Source: a virus
Taxonomy: Duplodnaviria; Caudoviricetes
Reading direction: 5' to 3' (one strand)
Virus record (IMG/VR): IMGVR_UViG_3300021400_001310
Coordinates: 40,557-104,556 of that record
Length of the DNA stretch: 64,000 bases
Shown in pieces: positions 31,598 to 41,624 of this stretch. Position numbers and translations under genes: made by a program. The notes beneath the pieces are model-generated. The model was not told the origin of the DNA. It saw nothing but the letters and a program-made list of their open reading frames with translations, and made no database searches. Position 1 is the stretch's first letter; each line of letters begins with the position of its first letter.

Positions 31598-32068
31598 TCA
31601 TCCTCCGAAAAACGTAGATGTAGAACAAGTTGTAGTTGGGGTGTTGTATACTGAGATGTTATGTATATTCGTAAAGCTTCCCATTGTTTGACCTATCGTA
31701 AGGACTTCATCCAAATTAATACCATTTATCGTAAAAGTTAATTCCTTATGCTTTCTTACAGCTATGGTTAAACATTCGTCTTCATAAAATAATATTTTAA
31801 TATAAGCAAAATCCTGTCCGTCTATATTTATCATATCAATTTTCTTAATATCTTTAACAATAAGTTTCTGATTATTGTCTAAACACTTTTTAATATAAAT
31901 AAGACTATCTGTATCCCGCCGATTCCTTGTATTCCAATCAAAAATTAAATCATTAGAATTATCGGCAGGTGCGAATATTAAATAATTTGGATAGAGTATA
32001 GATATTAATCTTGAGTTCATCAGCTTTTCATATTCAATCGATAATGCTTCGTCGAACGACTCAAACAT
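31598..32068 (-). CDS. Hypothetical protein
   Basis: ORF with SD. Confidence 0.5.
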   Translation of the reverse strand: MFESFDEALSIEYEKLMNSRLISILYPNYLIFAPADNSNDLIFDWNTRNRRDTDSLIYIKKCLDNNQKLIVKDIKKIDMINIDGQDFAYIKILFYEDECLTIAVRKHKELTFTINGINLDEVLTIGQTMGSFTNIHNISVYNTPTTTCSTSTFFGG

Positions 32069-32089
32069 TTTTTCGTCACTCCTTTTTTT

Positions 32090-32359
32090 TTATTTAAACA
32101 CCGGGCAAAAGGCTACTTGAAAGGACGAACTTATCGCTTTAATTAAAATAATATTAAATGCTATTATGGCAAGCGTAAATAATATATCATCACGTATAAC
32201 AACTATTATATTATTACGCTCCACTACTCTTTCTTTTACTGTCATTAGATTCAAAAACCAAAAGATAACAGTTGTTATGCCGATACCTACAAATACAATG
32301 CCTGAAGTTAATGCTAATCCTTTAATTAACACAATTAAAACAATTTCTAAACCACTCAT
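32090..32359 (-). CDS. Membrane protein
   Basis: Hydrophobic segments. Confidence 0.5.
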   Translation of the reverse strand: MSGLEIVLIVLIKGLALTSGIVFVGIGITTVIFWFLNLMTVKERVVERNNIIVVIRDDILFTLAIIAFNIILIKAISSSFQVAFCPVFK

Positions 32360-32484
32360 AATACACCTTTCTTTATAAAATAGTTCTTTTGTAAAAAAAG
32401 TTAAAATACTTTTTCACTTTTGAGCTTTCTACTGCTACCTCTCCATCCAACAAATCAACTGTATCTTTATTTGTCATAACTCAA

Positions 32485-32934
32485 TTATGACCATACGCAA
32501 CTAATCCTGTTACCTTTGCAGTCAACGCATGGATGGTATAGCACCGCTCTGCATTTACCTTCTGAATAAAATTGGCAAACACTTTTTTTGTTCTGGTCGT
32601 CTGACCTAACATCACTCAAAAGAGTGTTATCGTTTGGAGACATCGTAATAGCAACTATATTTGCTCCATTAAAATAATTAAAGAGGGCTTTTTTAATAAT
32701 ACTGTCTGCATCATCAATTAGAATTCCTTTTATTGGTTGACAATGAAATTTACCTGTTCTAAATGTATCAGCCGTCATAGGTTCTGGAATTGTAATAGCA
32801 AGTTCTTTTGCTTTATTTTTCAGATTTTCTACTTGACTTTTACTATCAACAATAATTGTATATCCCGTTGCTTCACTTGTATAAAGAAGCCCTAATGTTT
32901 TTCCTGTTGCTCTTTTTTTAATTAAAATATTCAT
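32485..32934 (-). CDS. Hypothetical P-loop-like protein
   Basis: RATGKT...ILIDDAD. Confidence 0.5.
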   Translation of the reverse strand: MNILIKKRATGKTLGLLYTSEATGYTIIVDSKSQVENLKNKAKELAITIPEPMTADTFRTGKFHCQPIKGILIDDADSIIKKALFNYFNGANIVAITMSPNDNTLLSDVRSDDQNKKSVCQFYSEGKCRAVLYHPCVDCKGNRISCVWS

Positions 32935-32991
32935 ATCTTACTCCTTATTAATGCGCCTCAAAATCTTCCTGATAAGGAACGATTTTTCCTA

Positions 32992-33648
32992 TCATAAATC
33001 CTCCTCAAATTGGTGTATAGAAATATATTGTTCATCATCTTCAGTATCTGTCAGGCTTTTATAATACGAGCCGTCTTTAAATAAATTTAAATCCAAACTC
33101 TCCTTATACCCATGTTCATTTAAAATATCCAAAATTCCCTCAATACTTGTCGCATAGTCGGTAAAATAATCACCGTTTATACAACCATCAACTACATATT
33201 CGTCTTTAAATATCCCAACATCATCATGCTTGTAGTAGACTTCGCATCCAGGCTCTTCGGCGATAAACGAAAATTTTATACAAGGAAAATTCTTTTTAAT
33301 TATTTTTCTCCAAAATGAACTTTCAAAGTACCATGCTGTGAGAGTATTGATAGTGAAAAAATCATAATCATTATTGAAGGATTCAACTGATGAAACATAA
33401 GTTATATCTCCTCGTCCACCCTTGGCATAAGTGGGATCTGAATCCATATACTTAGCCCATACATTGCCAAGCCACCAATTACCAAAATCATTTTTAATTA
33501 CACTTGGAGTTTCCTCCAAAGCTAAAAGTTCTTCATTAAATCTTTTAAGAACTGAATTGTTTTTCTTTTCTGTATAAAATGCAATAGATGTGTTACACCA
33601 ATTTGGCATCACAATCCCTCTTTCCTTTTTAATGTTCGTTAAAAACAA
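32992..33648 (-). CDS. DUF1281/YubB-like protein
   Basis: MPNWC, TAW, EEPG; likely start at MPNWC. Confidence 0.55.
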   Translation of the reverse strand: MFLTNIKKERGIVMPNWCNTSIAFYTEKKNNSVLKRFNEELLALEETPSVIKNDFGNWWLGNVWAKYMDSDPTYAKGGRGDITYVSSVESFNNDYDFFTINTLTAWYFESSFWRKIIKKNFPCIKFSFIAEEPGCEVYYKHDDVGIFKDEYVVDGCINGDYFTDYATSIEGILDILNEHGYKESLDLNLFKDGSYYKSLTDTEDDEQYISIHQFEEDL

Positions 33649-34294
33649 CAGCCTGTCCGCTTTCTAAAGTCCAGCATCCGCCATCGGTCTTTGCACATTC
33701 TGCACAATTACCATTACACTCTATATAATTTTCTTTAACTGTTGTTGTTCCATCTCTATATCTAACGTGCGCTTCAGGCAACGAATATTTGTTGTTATAT
33801 TTAAAATCCTTCCAGATGCTAAATATAATATGAAGATTTGACGGAAACTGATGGTTGATATCTAACCATTTATTAATTATGTCATATCTTTTAGTAAAGC
33901 AAAGTATTTGACAGTGCTGATTTTTCTCTGCAATCTTAACCATATGATTAAGATAATCGTCATTAACTATGTCACCAGATACATGGAATCTAAAAAATCG
34001 AGTCAGCATAATTGCTGCCTCAACTTCTCTCCAATATGTATCAGGATCATTAAATAATAGTTCGAGGTTATGTTGATAAGCATCTCGAACAGTCTTCCTT
34101 AATCTTTCTAATTTACGCGCATAACATTTTGAAAAACATTTGCAGTTTTTTGCACATGTTTTACCTGCTGGCAAAGATACGCTTGGTATTGCTCCCATTT
34201 TAATATTACCCTGGCTGATTTTTACTTCCAAACTATCACCTCGATTACTGAAAAAAAAGTGAGAGCCATTTCTGACCCTCACTTTATCACTCAA
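33629..34294 (-). CDS. GP88-like Cys-rich phage protein
   Basis: GNIKMG, TC..C...CYA, FRFHVSGD, FTK. Confidence 0.6.
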   Translation of the reverse strand: MSDKVRVRNGSHFFFSNRGDSLEVKISQGNIKMGAIPSVSLPAGKTCAKNCKCFSKCYARKLERLRKTVRDAYQHNLELLFNDPDTYWREVEAAIMLTRFFRFHVSGDIVNDDYLNHMVKIAEKNQHCQILCFTKRYDIINKWLDINHQFPSNLHIIFSIWKDFKYNNKYSLPEAHVRYRDGTTTVKENYIECNGNCAECAKTDGGCWTLESGQAVVFNEH

Positions 34295-34569
34295 GCATAT
34301 CTTCCAGACAACTGATCTACAAAATAATCAAAAAAATCATAATGATCGTTATCGAAAAGTTCGTTTTCTAACTTGACCACTTTATTATATGCGTGTCTTA
34401 ATTCTTGTTTCGCTGCCGTATACTCTGAAAGTTTAGCATTTCGCGCTTCGGCTTCTTTTTGTTTTTTATCGCGCTCTTCTTGAATACGTTTATCATATTC
34501 TTCCTCGTCGGTTTTCAACTCTTCGGGAGAATCATATAATCGTTTTAATTTTGTAGAATAATATTTCAT
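34291..34569 (-). CDS. Coiled-coil hypothetical protein
   Basis: ORF in operon. Confidence 0.55.
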   Translation of the reverse strand: MKYYSTKLKRLYDSPEELKTDEEEYDKRIQEERDKKQKEAEARNAKLSEYTAAKQELRHAYNKVVKLENELFDNDHYDFFDYFVDQLSGRYA

Positions 34570-34607
34570 ATAGTCACCCTTTCTATATAATACTTTTATT
34601 TATTTTA

Positions 34608-35384
34608 TTACTCAGCAATTTTAACAATTTTGTCGTATAACACTTGATGTTTGGAATCAATCTCACGATCCTCATGATAGTGACCAAAATACCATTTACT
34701 ATATTCGGTCTTATCTTTGATTGTCTCAAAATATTCAGTTAAGATATCGTTACCATACATATCAGAGATACTTTTTTGTACACTTTTTGGACAACAGTGA
34801 GATATAATAAAATCTACTTTGTTACCACACTGTGATAAATTGTCAAGACCTCTTTGCATCTCTTCGTTTGAAGGAAGTTCTTCTTTCCACCAGCTTTGAT
34901 GGTTTATTCTAAACATCTTATTAAGCGTAGTCATTAAGAATATTTCATTATAAAATTCTTCTTTAGATGAATAATCGTTACGATCTAAGATACCATCTGA
35001 AATATCATGGCTGCTTGCTCCGCCAAAAGCGAATATTTTTTTATCGCAAATATCAAAAACATAACCTCTCATAAGATGATAAATATTATCTCTAATTTTA
35101 TGCGCTCTGCCGCCGTGGAAATCTACCTCATTAAATTCGTCACTATACAGCCGATCAAAGTTTTCATGATTTCCGTCCACAAAAAGTAACGTAAAATTAC
35201 ACTCATTTAAATAATCGAGCCAGTCACTTTCGCTTTCTGTGGCACTCCATATTCCAAAGTCACCACAGACAATCACGTAGTCATCTCTTGTCATTGTTTT
35301 CTGAGCCTTAAATTTGTTTTTAGAAAAACGACTCCAATTTCCATGACAATCTCCTGTTATATATATCATTTGTTGTTTCTCCAA
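34608..35384 (-). CDS. Calcineurin-like metallophosphoesterase
   Basis: GDCHG, GDFG, GNHE, GHYH. Confidence 0.85.
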   Translation of the reverse strand: MEKQQMIYITGDCHGNWSRFSKNKFKAQKTMTRDDYVIVCGDFGIWSATESESDWLDYLNECNFTLLFVDGNHENFDRLYSDEFNEVDFHGGRAHKIRDNIYHLMRGYVFDICDKKIFAFGGASSHDISDGILDRNDYSSKEEFYNEIFLMTTLNKMFRINHQSWWKEELPSNEEMQRGLDNLSQCGNKVDFIISHCCPKSVQKSISDMYGNDILTEYFETIKDKTEYSKWYFGHYHEDREIDSKHQVLYDKIVKIAE

Positions 35385-35385
35385 T

Positions 35386-36558
35386 CTAAATGGTTGTACT
35401 GTGTTTTAGAAGATACTTTCGTGAAACATTTTTAAACGAATCTTTTCCATTTAACGATCTATATACAATTCCCTCTCTTGCAACATCAGGATTGATTACT
35501 GAAAAACCATCAGCCTGTGCCTTTATTTCTTCAATAGTGTTTGGCAACATATCTAATTTCAAGATTGGCACCCACTTCATTCCCCATTTTTCAATAATTG
35601 CACAACCTGTATTAGAGTCAAGTCTGCCTTCGGAAGAAGTGACAAAATTAAAGATATATAAATCGTTTTCTTTTAGTTTATAAGGGTTTCCTTGAACGTT
35701 ACCAATTGACTCACCTTGTATGTAAACCCAATCAAGATCATATCTATTGTTTAAAAACTCTATAAGTCTTTCTTCTATATGATATTTCTCTTCCATTTCC
35801 CAATATATATTTTTGGATTTATCATCAGGTTTTGAAAGATTAACATTTCTTGAGCAAACATAAAATTCATACTTTTCTTTTCCCTTTTTTATACGTTTGA
35901 GAGCGTAGGTACTTGATGTTCCATCCAACTTTTCTGTTAGAAAATATAAACCATCGGTATGACCGTTATTATATCGCCAAGGCTGGTTCTCTATTCTTTC
36001 TTCATCAGTCTTCTTTACAAAATCCGGGAATGTTTTCCCTTTATATTTAGATTTTTTAAAGAAAGACAGTATAATTTTTCTACCAAATTTATGTTTCATT
36101 AACTTTTTGATTATAGGGTTTTTAAAAAATCGTGAATGCTTAGACTTGATCTTTTTTAACATCATCTCTTTGTCGTCGCTTTTCCTGATATTATCCTCGG
36201 CACTATAGTATTTTACCTTTAAATCATCGGTTACATCATCACCGAACTTCTTGTTAGATAGTTCAGGAAATTTATCAAGCGGCATCAATAAACCCTGACT
36301 TACAACGCCACACATTCTTTGGGTTTTAATTTTATATTTTTTCTTTTCCAAAAAACTAAATCTTTCGTCTGACGAAGGAACCAAGCTATCTATCTCAAAG
36401 TAAATACATTTGTCTCCAATTTTAAGATGGTCGTTTTTACTTATAACAACCCACCATCCATTAGTTCTTGCATATTCTACTCTGTCGTATCCAACCAATG
36501 GTTTTATTTCGTCTATAGTTACAACATATGCTAATGCTCTTTTACCGTTTATTAGCAA
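35386..36558 (-). CDS. ATP-dependent RNA ligase (DRB0094-like)
   Basis: N-terminal OB domain, KTDEERI, TEKLDGTS, QGE, REGIV, SFK. Confidence 0.85.
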   Translation of the reverse strand: MLINGKRALAYVVTIDEIKPLVGYDRVEYARTNGWWVVISKNDHLKIGDKCIYFEIDSLVPSSDERFSFLEKKKYKIKTQRMCGVVSQGLLMPLDKFPELSNKKFGDDVTDDLKVKYYSAEDNIRKSDDKEMMLKKIKSKHSRFFKNPIIKKLMKHKFGRKIILSFFKKSKYKGKTFPDFVKKTDEERIENQPWRYNNGHTDGLYFLTEKLDGTSSTYALKRIKKGKEKYEFYVCSRNVNLSKPDDKSKNIYWEMEEKYHIEERLIEFLNNRYDLDWVYIQGESIGNVQGNPYKLKENDLYIFNFVTSSEGRLDSNTGCAIIEKWGMKWVPILKLDMLPNTIEEIKAQADGFSVINPDVAREGIVYRSLNGKDSFKNVSRKYLLKHSTTI

Positions 36559-36584
36559 TTACAATTTACCTCCTATGTATTTTA

Positions 36585-36839
36585 TTATGCGTATAGTTCT
36601 TTACGAATCAGGTCATCAATGGTTATTCTTCCAGCGAGAACATCGTGTAACTTAGTATCCATTCTTTCTCTGTTTTTACACTTTGAAAGAATATATCTTA
36701 CTTCTCTCTCTTTTCTCGTTGTCCTGCGATTAAGAATATGGAAATCCATAAGTAAAGAAATCTTCTCATCAATTTCTTCTAAAAAAGTTTTAGGTTCTTC
36801 CCAATCCATTAAATCACTCCTTTCAAAAATATTACTCAT
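36585..36839 (-). CDS. Hypothetical protein
   Basis: ORF in operon. Confidence 0.5.
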   Translation of the reverse strand: MSNIFERSDLMDWEEPKTFLEEIDEKISLLMDFHILNRRTTRKEREVRYILSKCKNRERMDTKLHDVLAGRITIDDLIRKELYA

Positions 36840-36921
36840 ATTCGTATAAGTCTTTTTCGAATTTATTTATAAAAATCCAAAAACGAATAAGTGTAAACAA
36901 AATCATTTTCAATCTCCTTTT

Positions 36922-37229
36922 ATCTGTGTCTTATAAAGGATATGCGGGAAAAACGGGGGGATCCGGATGCGTGCCCATACGATGGATATTAATATCCAGG
37001 GATGACGCCGCGATGCTATCTTCGGGGTGTTGTCTCACAACAAAAATTCAGTTGGACGATAAAAGCCGAATACGAGGCAGGGAAGGCTCAAAGTGTACTT
37101 GGAATACTTCGAGTCTGAAGCTGCAGATATCGCCTGAATATTATTGCTGGTGTAGTCATCCTTTACCTCTCAAAATGTAACTTCTGCGAAACGCAAGAAG
37201 CATCACATAAGTGATAATTGCACACAGAT
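36922..37229 (-). ncRNA. Retron-like ncRNA D (orphan copy)
   Basis: 8-bp terminal IR (36922-36929/37222-37229), unpaired G at 37221, hairpin ATCAC/GTGAT, conserved core at 37181-37202. Confidence 0.75.
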
Positions 37230-37248
37230 TATGCGTTATAAATTATTT

Positions 37249-37276
37249 TGAGACAGGATAAAAAAATCCTGTCTCA
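37249..37276 (-). terminator. Hairpin after SPFH gene
   Basis: TGAGACAGGAT/ATCCTGTCTCA inverted repeat. Confidence 0.65.
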
Positions 37277-37280
37277 TTAT

Positions 37281-38153
37281 TTATTTACTCGACGAATTGC
37301 CGATATCTGTTATGACCGAGCCATTACTCATAACATTCGGCAGCTTTCCGTCCCATTTTTCATAGAATCTGGATTCTAAAACCTTTTCTGTGAGTGAATC
37401 CTGGATTATCTTATTAGCTTTCGCCTGAGCTTCGGCTTCCACAATCTTTGCCTTTGCATTTGCTTCTGCCGTCGCCACTTTTGTATCGTTAGTATAATCA
37501 GCTTTAAGCTTATCCTGTTCGGCTATCATTTTATCTTCTACTGCTTTCTCAAAAGCATCAGAGAAGTCGATGTTTGTGAGTGTAACAGACGAGATGTTAA
37601 TATAAAAGCGCTCGTCTATTGCTTTGCGCATTGCTTCCTCAATCTCAGCCGAAAGTTCTCCTCTTTTTGCAATAATATCCATTGCTTTATTTCTCGACAT
37701 AACTGTTTTTGCCTGTGCCACAGCTATTTTTTCAACCTTGCTCTCTAAAGCGCTGAGTCTTCCGTATTCTGTAGCAATATCAGTTACTTTATCCTGAGAA
37801 ATTGTATACTGGATTGTTAAAAACAGATCCATTGTTTGAGCGTCGCTTGAATAAGCCATTGTTTCGATATCTAAATTCTGAACCTTAGTATCATATTTTT
37901 GATATTTTCTTAAAAACCATAGATCAAAATTCAATCCTGCACTTTTTACATCTACAACCTTGCCAAATTGTTTTACGACAGCAACCTCGCCTGTGTTAAT
38001 AGAATGGAAGCTGAGCGGAACAATTAATAAAGAAACAACTAATGCAGCTAATGTTATCCAATACCAAGCTTTTACATCTTTATTCTGATTCAAAAATATT
38101 AGTGTAGCTATACCAGCGACAATTAGAATTCCAGTTAATAATCCTATAATCAT
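37281..38153 (-). CDS. SPFH/prohibitin (band 7) protein
   Basis: TM helices, INTGEVAVVKQFG, FEKAVEDK, EKWDGKLP. Confidence 0.85.
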   Translation of the reverse strand: MIIGLLTGILIVAGIATLIFLNQNKDVKAWYWITLAALVVSLLIVPLSFHSINTGEVAVVKQFGKVVDVKSAGLNFDLWFLRKYQKYDTKVQNLDIETMAYSSDAQTMDLFLTIQYTISQDKVTDIATEYGRLSALESKVEKIAVAQAKTVMSRNKAMDIIAKRGELSAEIEEAMRKAIDERFYINISSVTLTNIDFSDAFEKAVEDKMIAEQDKLKADYTNDTKVATAEANAKAKIVEAEAQAKANKIIQDSLTEKVLESRFYEKWDGKLPNVMSNGSVITDIGNSSSK

Positions 38154-38473
38154 TTTATCTTCCTTTATTTCAAATATTATAGTGCGTTTTTGTCGCCTTC
38201 AGACATAGTTGGTGATCGGTTCAACGCACAAACCGGACGCATTGCTGGTCGATTTCCCACCCAACAGAGAAATCGTTTTAGCCTATAATAACGATCTCCG
38301 TTTGTCCTGAGAGTAATGTACACTCTTCTCATTCAAAAACGGAGATTAAAAGAACTATGGGAACGACAGGTTGTCGCTTCCATTACAAGAAATTCTTATT
38401 TCTTTATTATCAAAAATCCATTAGGCTTCAAGCGCTGATTTACTATGTAAACTGAAGCGTAACAGAAACATTT

Positions 38474-38570
38474 TGGTTATTTGGCAGGCGTGTCATCTCC
38501 TGCATCTCTCGGTTTCCCTGTCATGCCATCGGCGTGTGGTCGACACGAAATTTACCACCTCAAATAACCA
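38474..38570 (-). ncRNA. Candidate structured RNA with kissing loops
   Basis: 10-bp closing stem, two hairpins with complementary loop-side 6-mers CGTGTC/GACACG; strand inferred from context. Confidence 0.45.
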
Positions 38571-38765
38571 CGTCTAAAAAAAGCTCCAGACCTCGGCACA
38601 TCCCCTATAATCGGGAGGTCTACTATCTGGAACTATGATTAACTTGATACGGTTTCTAAACGCTCGCCGAAGAACTGTGCCGTATCTAATTGCATACATG
38701 TCGCAGTAGTATTGCAATTAATCTTCGGTTTTTATTATGTTTGCTGCGACAAAACATAATGCGAT

Positions 38766-38841
38766 TGGTGCTCCAATTCGGATTTGAACCGAAACTAACT
38801 TGCTCCTAAAACAAGTGCCTCTGCCGTTGGGCTATTGGAGC
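38766..38841 (-). tRNA. tRNA-Leu(TAG), short variable arm
   Basis: Cloverleaf, arm CTTGT-TTTAGGA-GCAAG, CCA end. Confidence 0.75.
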
Positions 38842-38845
38842 AAAA

Positions 38846-39142
38846 TCAAAAATCTTCAATAGACTTTCCAATAGCTCCTAAATTCTCTTCGATAACCTTA
38901 ATTTTAATATCGTTATAAGCGTCAATATAATCGTCGTTGTCGGAGAGAGTAGCAAATATATCCTCACCCATTTCTTTAAGTTTTTCGTCTGAAAATGGGC
39001 AAGTCTGATTAAACTCCTCAAAGTATGATTTGATATCATTGGCAGCAAACCTGTTTCTCATTTTTAAAAATATCTGTTCTGATTCCACATCTGTTAATTG
39101 TATTGACTTGCCGTTTCTAATTATTGATATTCCATAATCCAT
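38846..39142 (-). CDS. Hypothetical protein
   Basis: ORF. Confidence 0.5.
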   Translation of the reverse strand: MDYGISIIRNGKSIQLTDVESEQIFLKMRNRFAANDIKSYFEEFNQTCPFSDEKLKEMGEDIFATLSDNDDYIDAYNDIKIKVIEENLGAIGKSIEDF

Positions 39143-39145
39143 ACA

Positions 39146-39364
39146 CTAATTTTTCTCCATAAAATAATAATAAAGAACCCGTATTCTTGGTCGTTCTTTA
39201 GGTTTAAAGTCTTGATTAACAAAACTTTCAAGTGCATCCATACCTTCTCGTTCATATATTCCAAGACAGGTATAATACAAAGAATCAAGAGACTGAGGAG
39301 AAGAATCGCCACCAAAAGCCAAATGCTTCTCTGTATATTTAGCTAAAGCTTCATTAAAGTCCAT
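39146..39364 (-). CDS. Hypothetical protein
   Basis: ORF with GGAGG SD. Confidence 0.5.
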   Translation of the reverse strand: MDFNEALAKYTEKHLAFGGDSSPQSLDSLYYTCLGIYEREGMDALESFVNQDFKPKERPRIRVLYYYFMEKN

Positions 39365-39416
39365 TTAACAATCCTCCATGATAAGGTCTTCTATTTCAAA
39401 AATAGTCTTACACTCC

Positions 39417-39875
39417 TTATCGTTGGTATATAACAACATTGCAATCTGTTAACTCATCTTCAATCATTTTGCAGACCACATTCCAATCTCCGCCGCCTCT
39501 ATCACATCCCATATGAAACGGTATAGCCACACTATAACCAGCCCATTGCTTGTTCACGATTTTAAGACAATTCCTTAATGCATCATAGTCGGTATATCGT
39601 TTTCCATCGTATCCAAACTTGTCTTGAGAAAACAAATTAATAATTGCACGATTTTCTTCATTGTCAATATATACTGTCTGAATACTACCCAGTAATCCCG
39701 GTTTAAGATGTGGATCGTCGCACCACATCTTATAATATTTGTATACTATAGGATATTTTTGTTTGACCTGCTTTGCTATTCCGCTTCCCATTACACCCTG
39801 ACAATTAACCTGATGTAAAATTACATTCGCATTACTATCAAAGATATCACCTTTTATATATTTCATCTTGATCAT
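39417..39875 (-). CDS. Macro domain (ADP-ribose binding/hydrolase) protein
   Basis: GDIF, HQVNCQGVMGSGIA, MGCDRGGGDW. Confidence 0.85.
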   Translation of the reverse strand: MIKMKYIKGDIFDSNANVILHQVNCQGVMGSGIAKQVKQKYPIVYKYYKMWCDDPHLKPGLLGSIQTVYIDNEENRAIINLFSQDKFGYDGKRYTDYDALRNCLKIVNKQWAGYSVAIPFHMGCDRGGGDWNVVCKMIEDELTDCNVVIYQR

Positions 39876-40209
39876 CCTTTTCTTTTATTAAATATGAGAC
39901 AGAAACCTCAATTTCAAATTTAATATCGTCCCACGTATCAGGAAGATCACTTCCTAACCAGTCGGAATAAAATAGGTCTAAAAGATTTATCGATTCTGAC
40001 AATAGCAGCTCAGTAGTTCGATCTGTAAAATCTATGTATCCTGAATTAAACATTTGAGTTACAATATCCTTATAAACTATTTCATACGCCGAATTAACTA
40101 TTTCTTCTGGCGTTTTACGTTTAATTTTGTTTAGGAAAAGATTGTGTTCAGATTCAATCCTATTAACTAATTTTTTAAAAATAAGGTTATTTGATATATC
40201 ATTTGACAT
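39847..40209 (-). CDS. DUF3848-like protein
   Basis: TPEEIVNSAYEIVYKDI. Confidence 0.5.
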   Translation of the reverse strand: MSNDISNNLIFKKLVNRIESEHNLFLNKIKRKTPEEIVNSAYEIVYKDIVTQMFNSGYIDFTDRTTELLLSESINLLDLFYSDWLGSDLPDTWDDIKFEIEVSVSYLIKEKDDQDEIYKR

Positions 40210-40224
40210 AATAACACTCCTCGT

Positions 40225-40521
40225 TTAATTATCTTCCAGATGATTAATTAACTTTTTGAATTCATCAAAATCTTTTTTGGATAATATAATATCGCAATAC
40301 AGATAATCTTTATTTTTCAAAACAAACCATATCCTTTTGATTTTTTCTTTGAGAGTATGCCATTTTTTGTTTTGTTTATTATAAAAATCACCACTCGTTA
40401 TCGATAAAAGAAGATACCAATCTTCATCATCTTTATCAAATCGAAATCTTATTCCTTCACAGCAACCACATTTACAATCAACGATAAAATCTTTTTTATC
40501 TTCACTTGTCATTACAGACAT
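40225..40521 (-). CDS. Hypothetical protein
   Basis: CKCGC motif. Confidence 0.5.
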   Translation of the reverse strand: MSVMTSEDKKDFIVDCKCGCCEGIRFRFDKDDEDWYLLLSITSGDFYNKQNKKWHTLKEKIKRIWFVLKNKDYLYCDIILSKKDFDEFKKLINHLEDN

Positions 40522-40533
40522 GCTAATTCTCCC

Positions 40534-40965
40534 TTAAACCAAAAGATAATTTATAATATACCTTGCAGCATCTTCCAAAGTATTCTCTTGGTGAAAAATC
40601 CCAAGTGAAACCCATGGATGGTTGATGTTGGGCTGCCCAACGCCAACCACAAAAATATTTTTATTACAAATTCTATTTATTGATTCGATTATTCCGAGTT
40701 CGATGTGGGTTCCAATACTGTCGGCTATTGTTGTTAAATCAACGATTACAATATCACTATTAATGAGTTGATTAATTTCCCAGTTTCTCGATTCTATATC
40801 GTTATTTAAATCATTTTCTTTATACTGATAGAACAAAGGCGGATGGATAAATATTATTTTTTTATCTGTTCCCGAAGTGATTAATTTTTCAATCTCTGAT
40901 CTCCACCTCATCTGCTCCTTTAAATCAAGACCGCCCATCTTTCCGGAAGTAAATATCTTAAACAT
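40534..40965 (-). CDS. Nucleoside 2-deoxyribosyltransferase-like protein
   Basis: IFTSGKMGGL..WR, SDIVIV, SIGTHIELG, HPW. Confidence 0.65.
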   Translation of the reverse strand: MFKIFTSGKMGGLDLKEQMRWRSEIEKLITSGTDKKIIFIHPPLFYQYKENDLNNDIESRNWEINQLINSDIVIVDLTTIADSIGTHIELGIIESINRICNKNIFVVGVGQPNINHPWVSLGIFHQENTLEDAARYIINYLLV

Positions 40966-41518
40966 TTTCGCACCTTATCGTTTCCAATGTCTGAGGACTC
41001 CAGTCCATATACGGAATCATCACTCCGACATTATACATGTTGCAAGGTTTATCATATAAATCTTCTGACATTTTTTTAAAATACTTCATCATATTCCACT
41101 CATATGTATTGTGAACATGACCGTATAGATGAAATGCTCCATAGTAATGGTTTTTAAAACAAGTAATCGGATAGTGGCACAAGACTATTAAATCATCTTT
41201 GCTACCCAATTCTTTATAGTCTACTACCTCATTAAAACACTTGCGAAAATCAGGATTTTTCACATACCTTGAATCATGATTTCCGATAATTAAATGTTTG
41301 TTTCCATTTAAAGACTCCATTATTTGTATGGTTTTCGTGACATTATGCCAAGATACATCACCTAAAATATATACTTCGTCTTTATAACCTACCTGGTCGT
41401 TCCAATTTTCAATTAATGCATTATCGTGATCTTCTATATTAAGCCACGGGCGGTTATCGTATCCTAAAACATTCTTATGACCAAAATGCAAGTCAGATAT
41501 AAAAAATGTTTCTCCCAT
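40958..41518 (-). CDS. Metallophosphoesterase
   Basis: SDLHFGH, LGD, GNHD, HYP, GHVH. Confidence 0.85.
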   Translation of the reverse strand: MGETFFISDLHFGHKNVLGYDNRPWLNIEDHDNALIENWNDQVGYKDEVYILGDVSWHNVTKTIQIMESLNGNKHLIIGNHDSRYVKNPDFRKCFNEVVDYKELGSKDDLIVLCHYPITCFKNHYYGAFHLYGHVHNTYEWNMMKYFKKMSEDLYDKPCNMYNVGVMIPYMDWSPQTLETIRCENV

Positions 41519-41544
41519 TAAATACCTCCTCTTATTGATTTTAT

Positions 41545-41624
41545 TGGAGCTTCAGGCGAGACTCGAACTCGCAACCTGATGCTTACGACAAGCACCTGCT
41601 CTACCTATTGAGCTTTACTGAAGC
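41545..41624 (-). tRNA. Atypical tRNA-Thr-like gene with 9-nt anticodon loop
   Basis: Paralog of the tRNA-Thr at 42775; arm GGTGC-TTGTCGTAA-GCATC; CCA end. Confidence 0.6.

Noticed and set aside
38474-38570. Assignment as a ZTP riboswitch or hammerhead ribozyme
   Set aside because: Diagnostic cores such as CUGAUGA...GAAA are not present; left unassigned.
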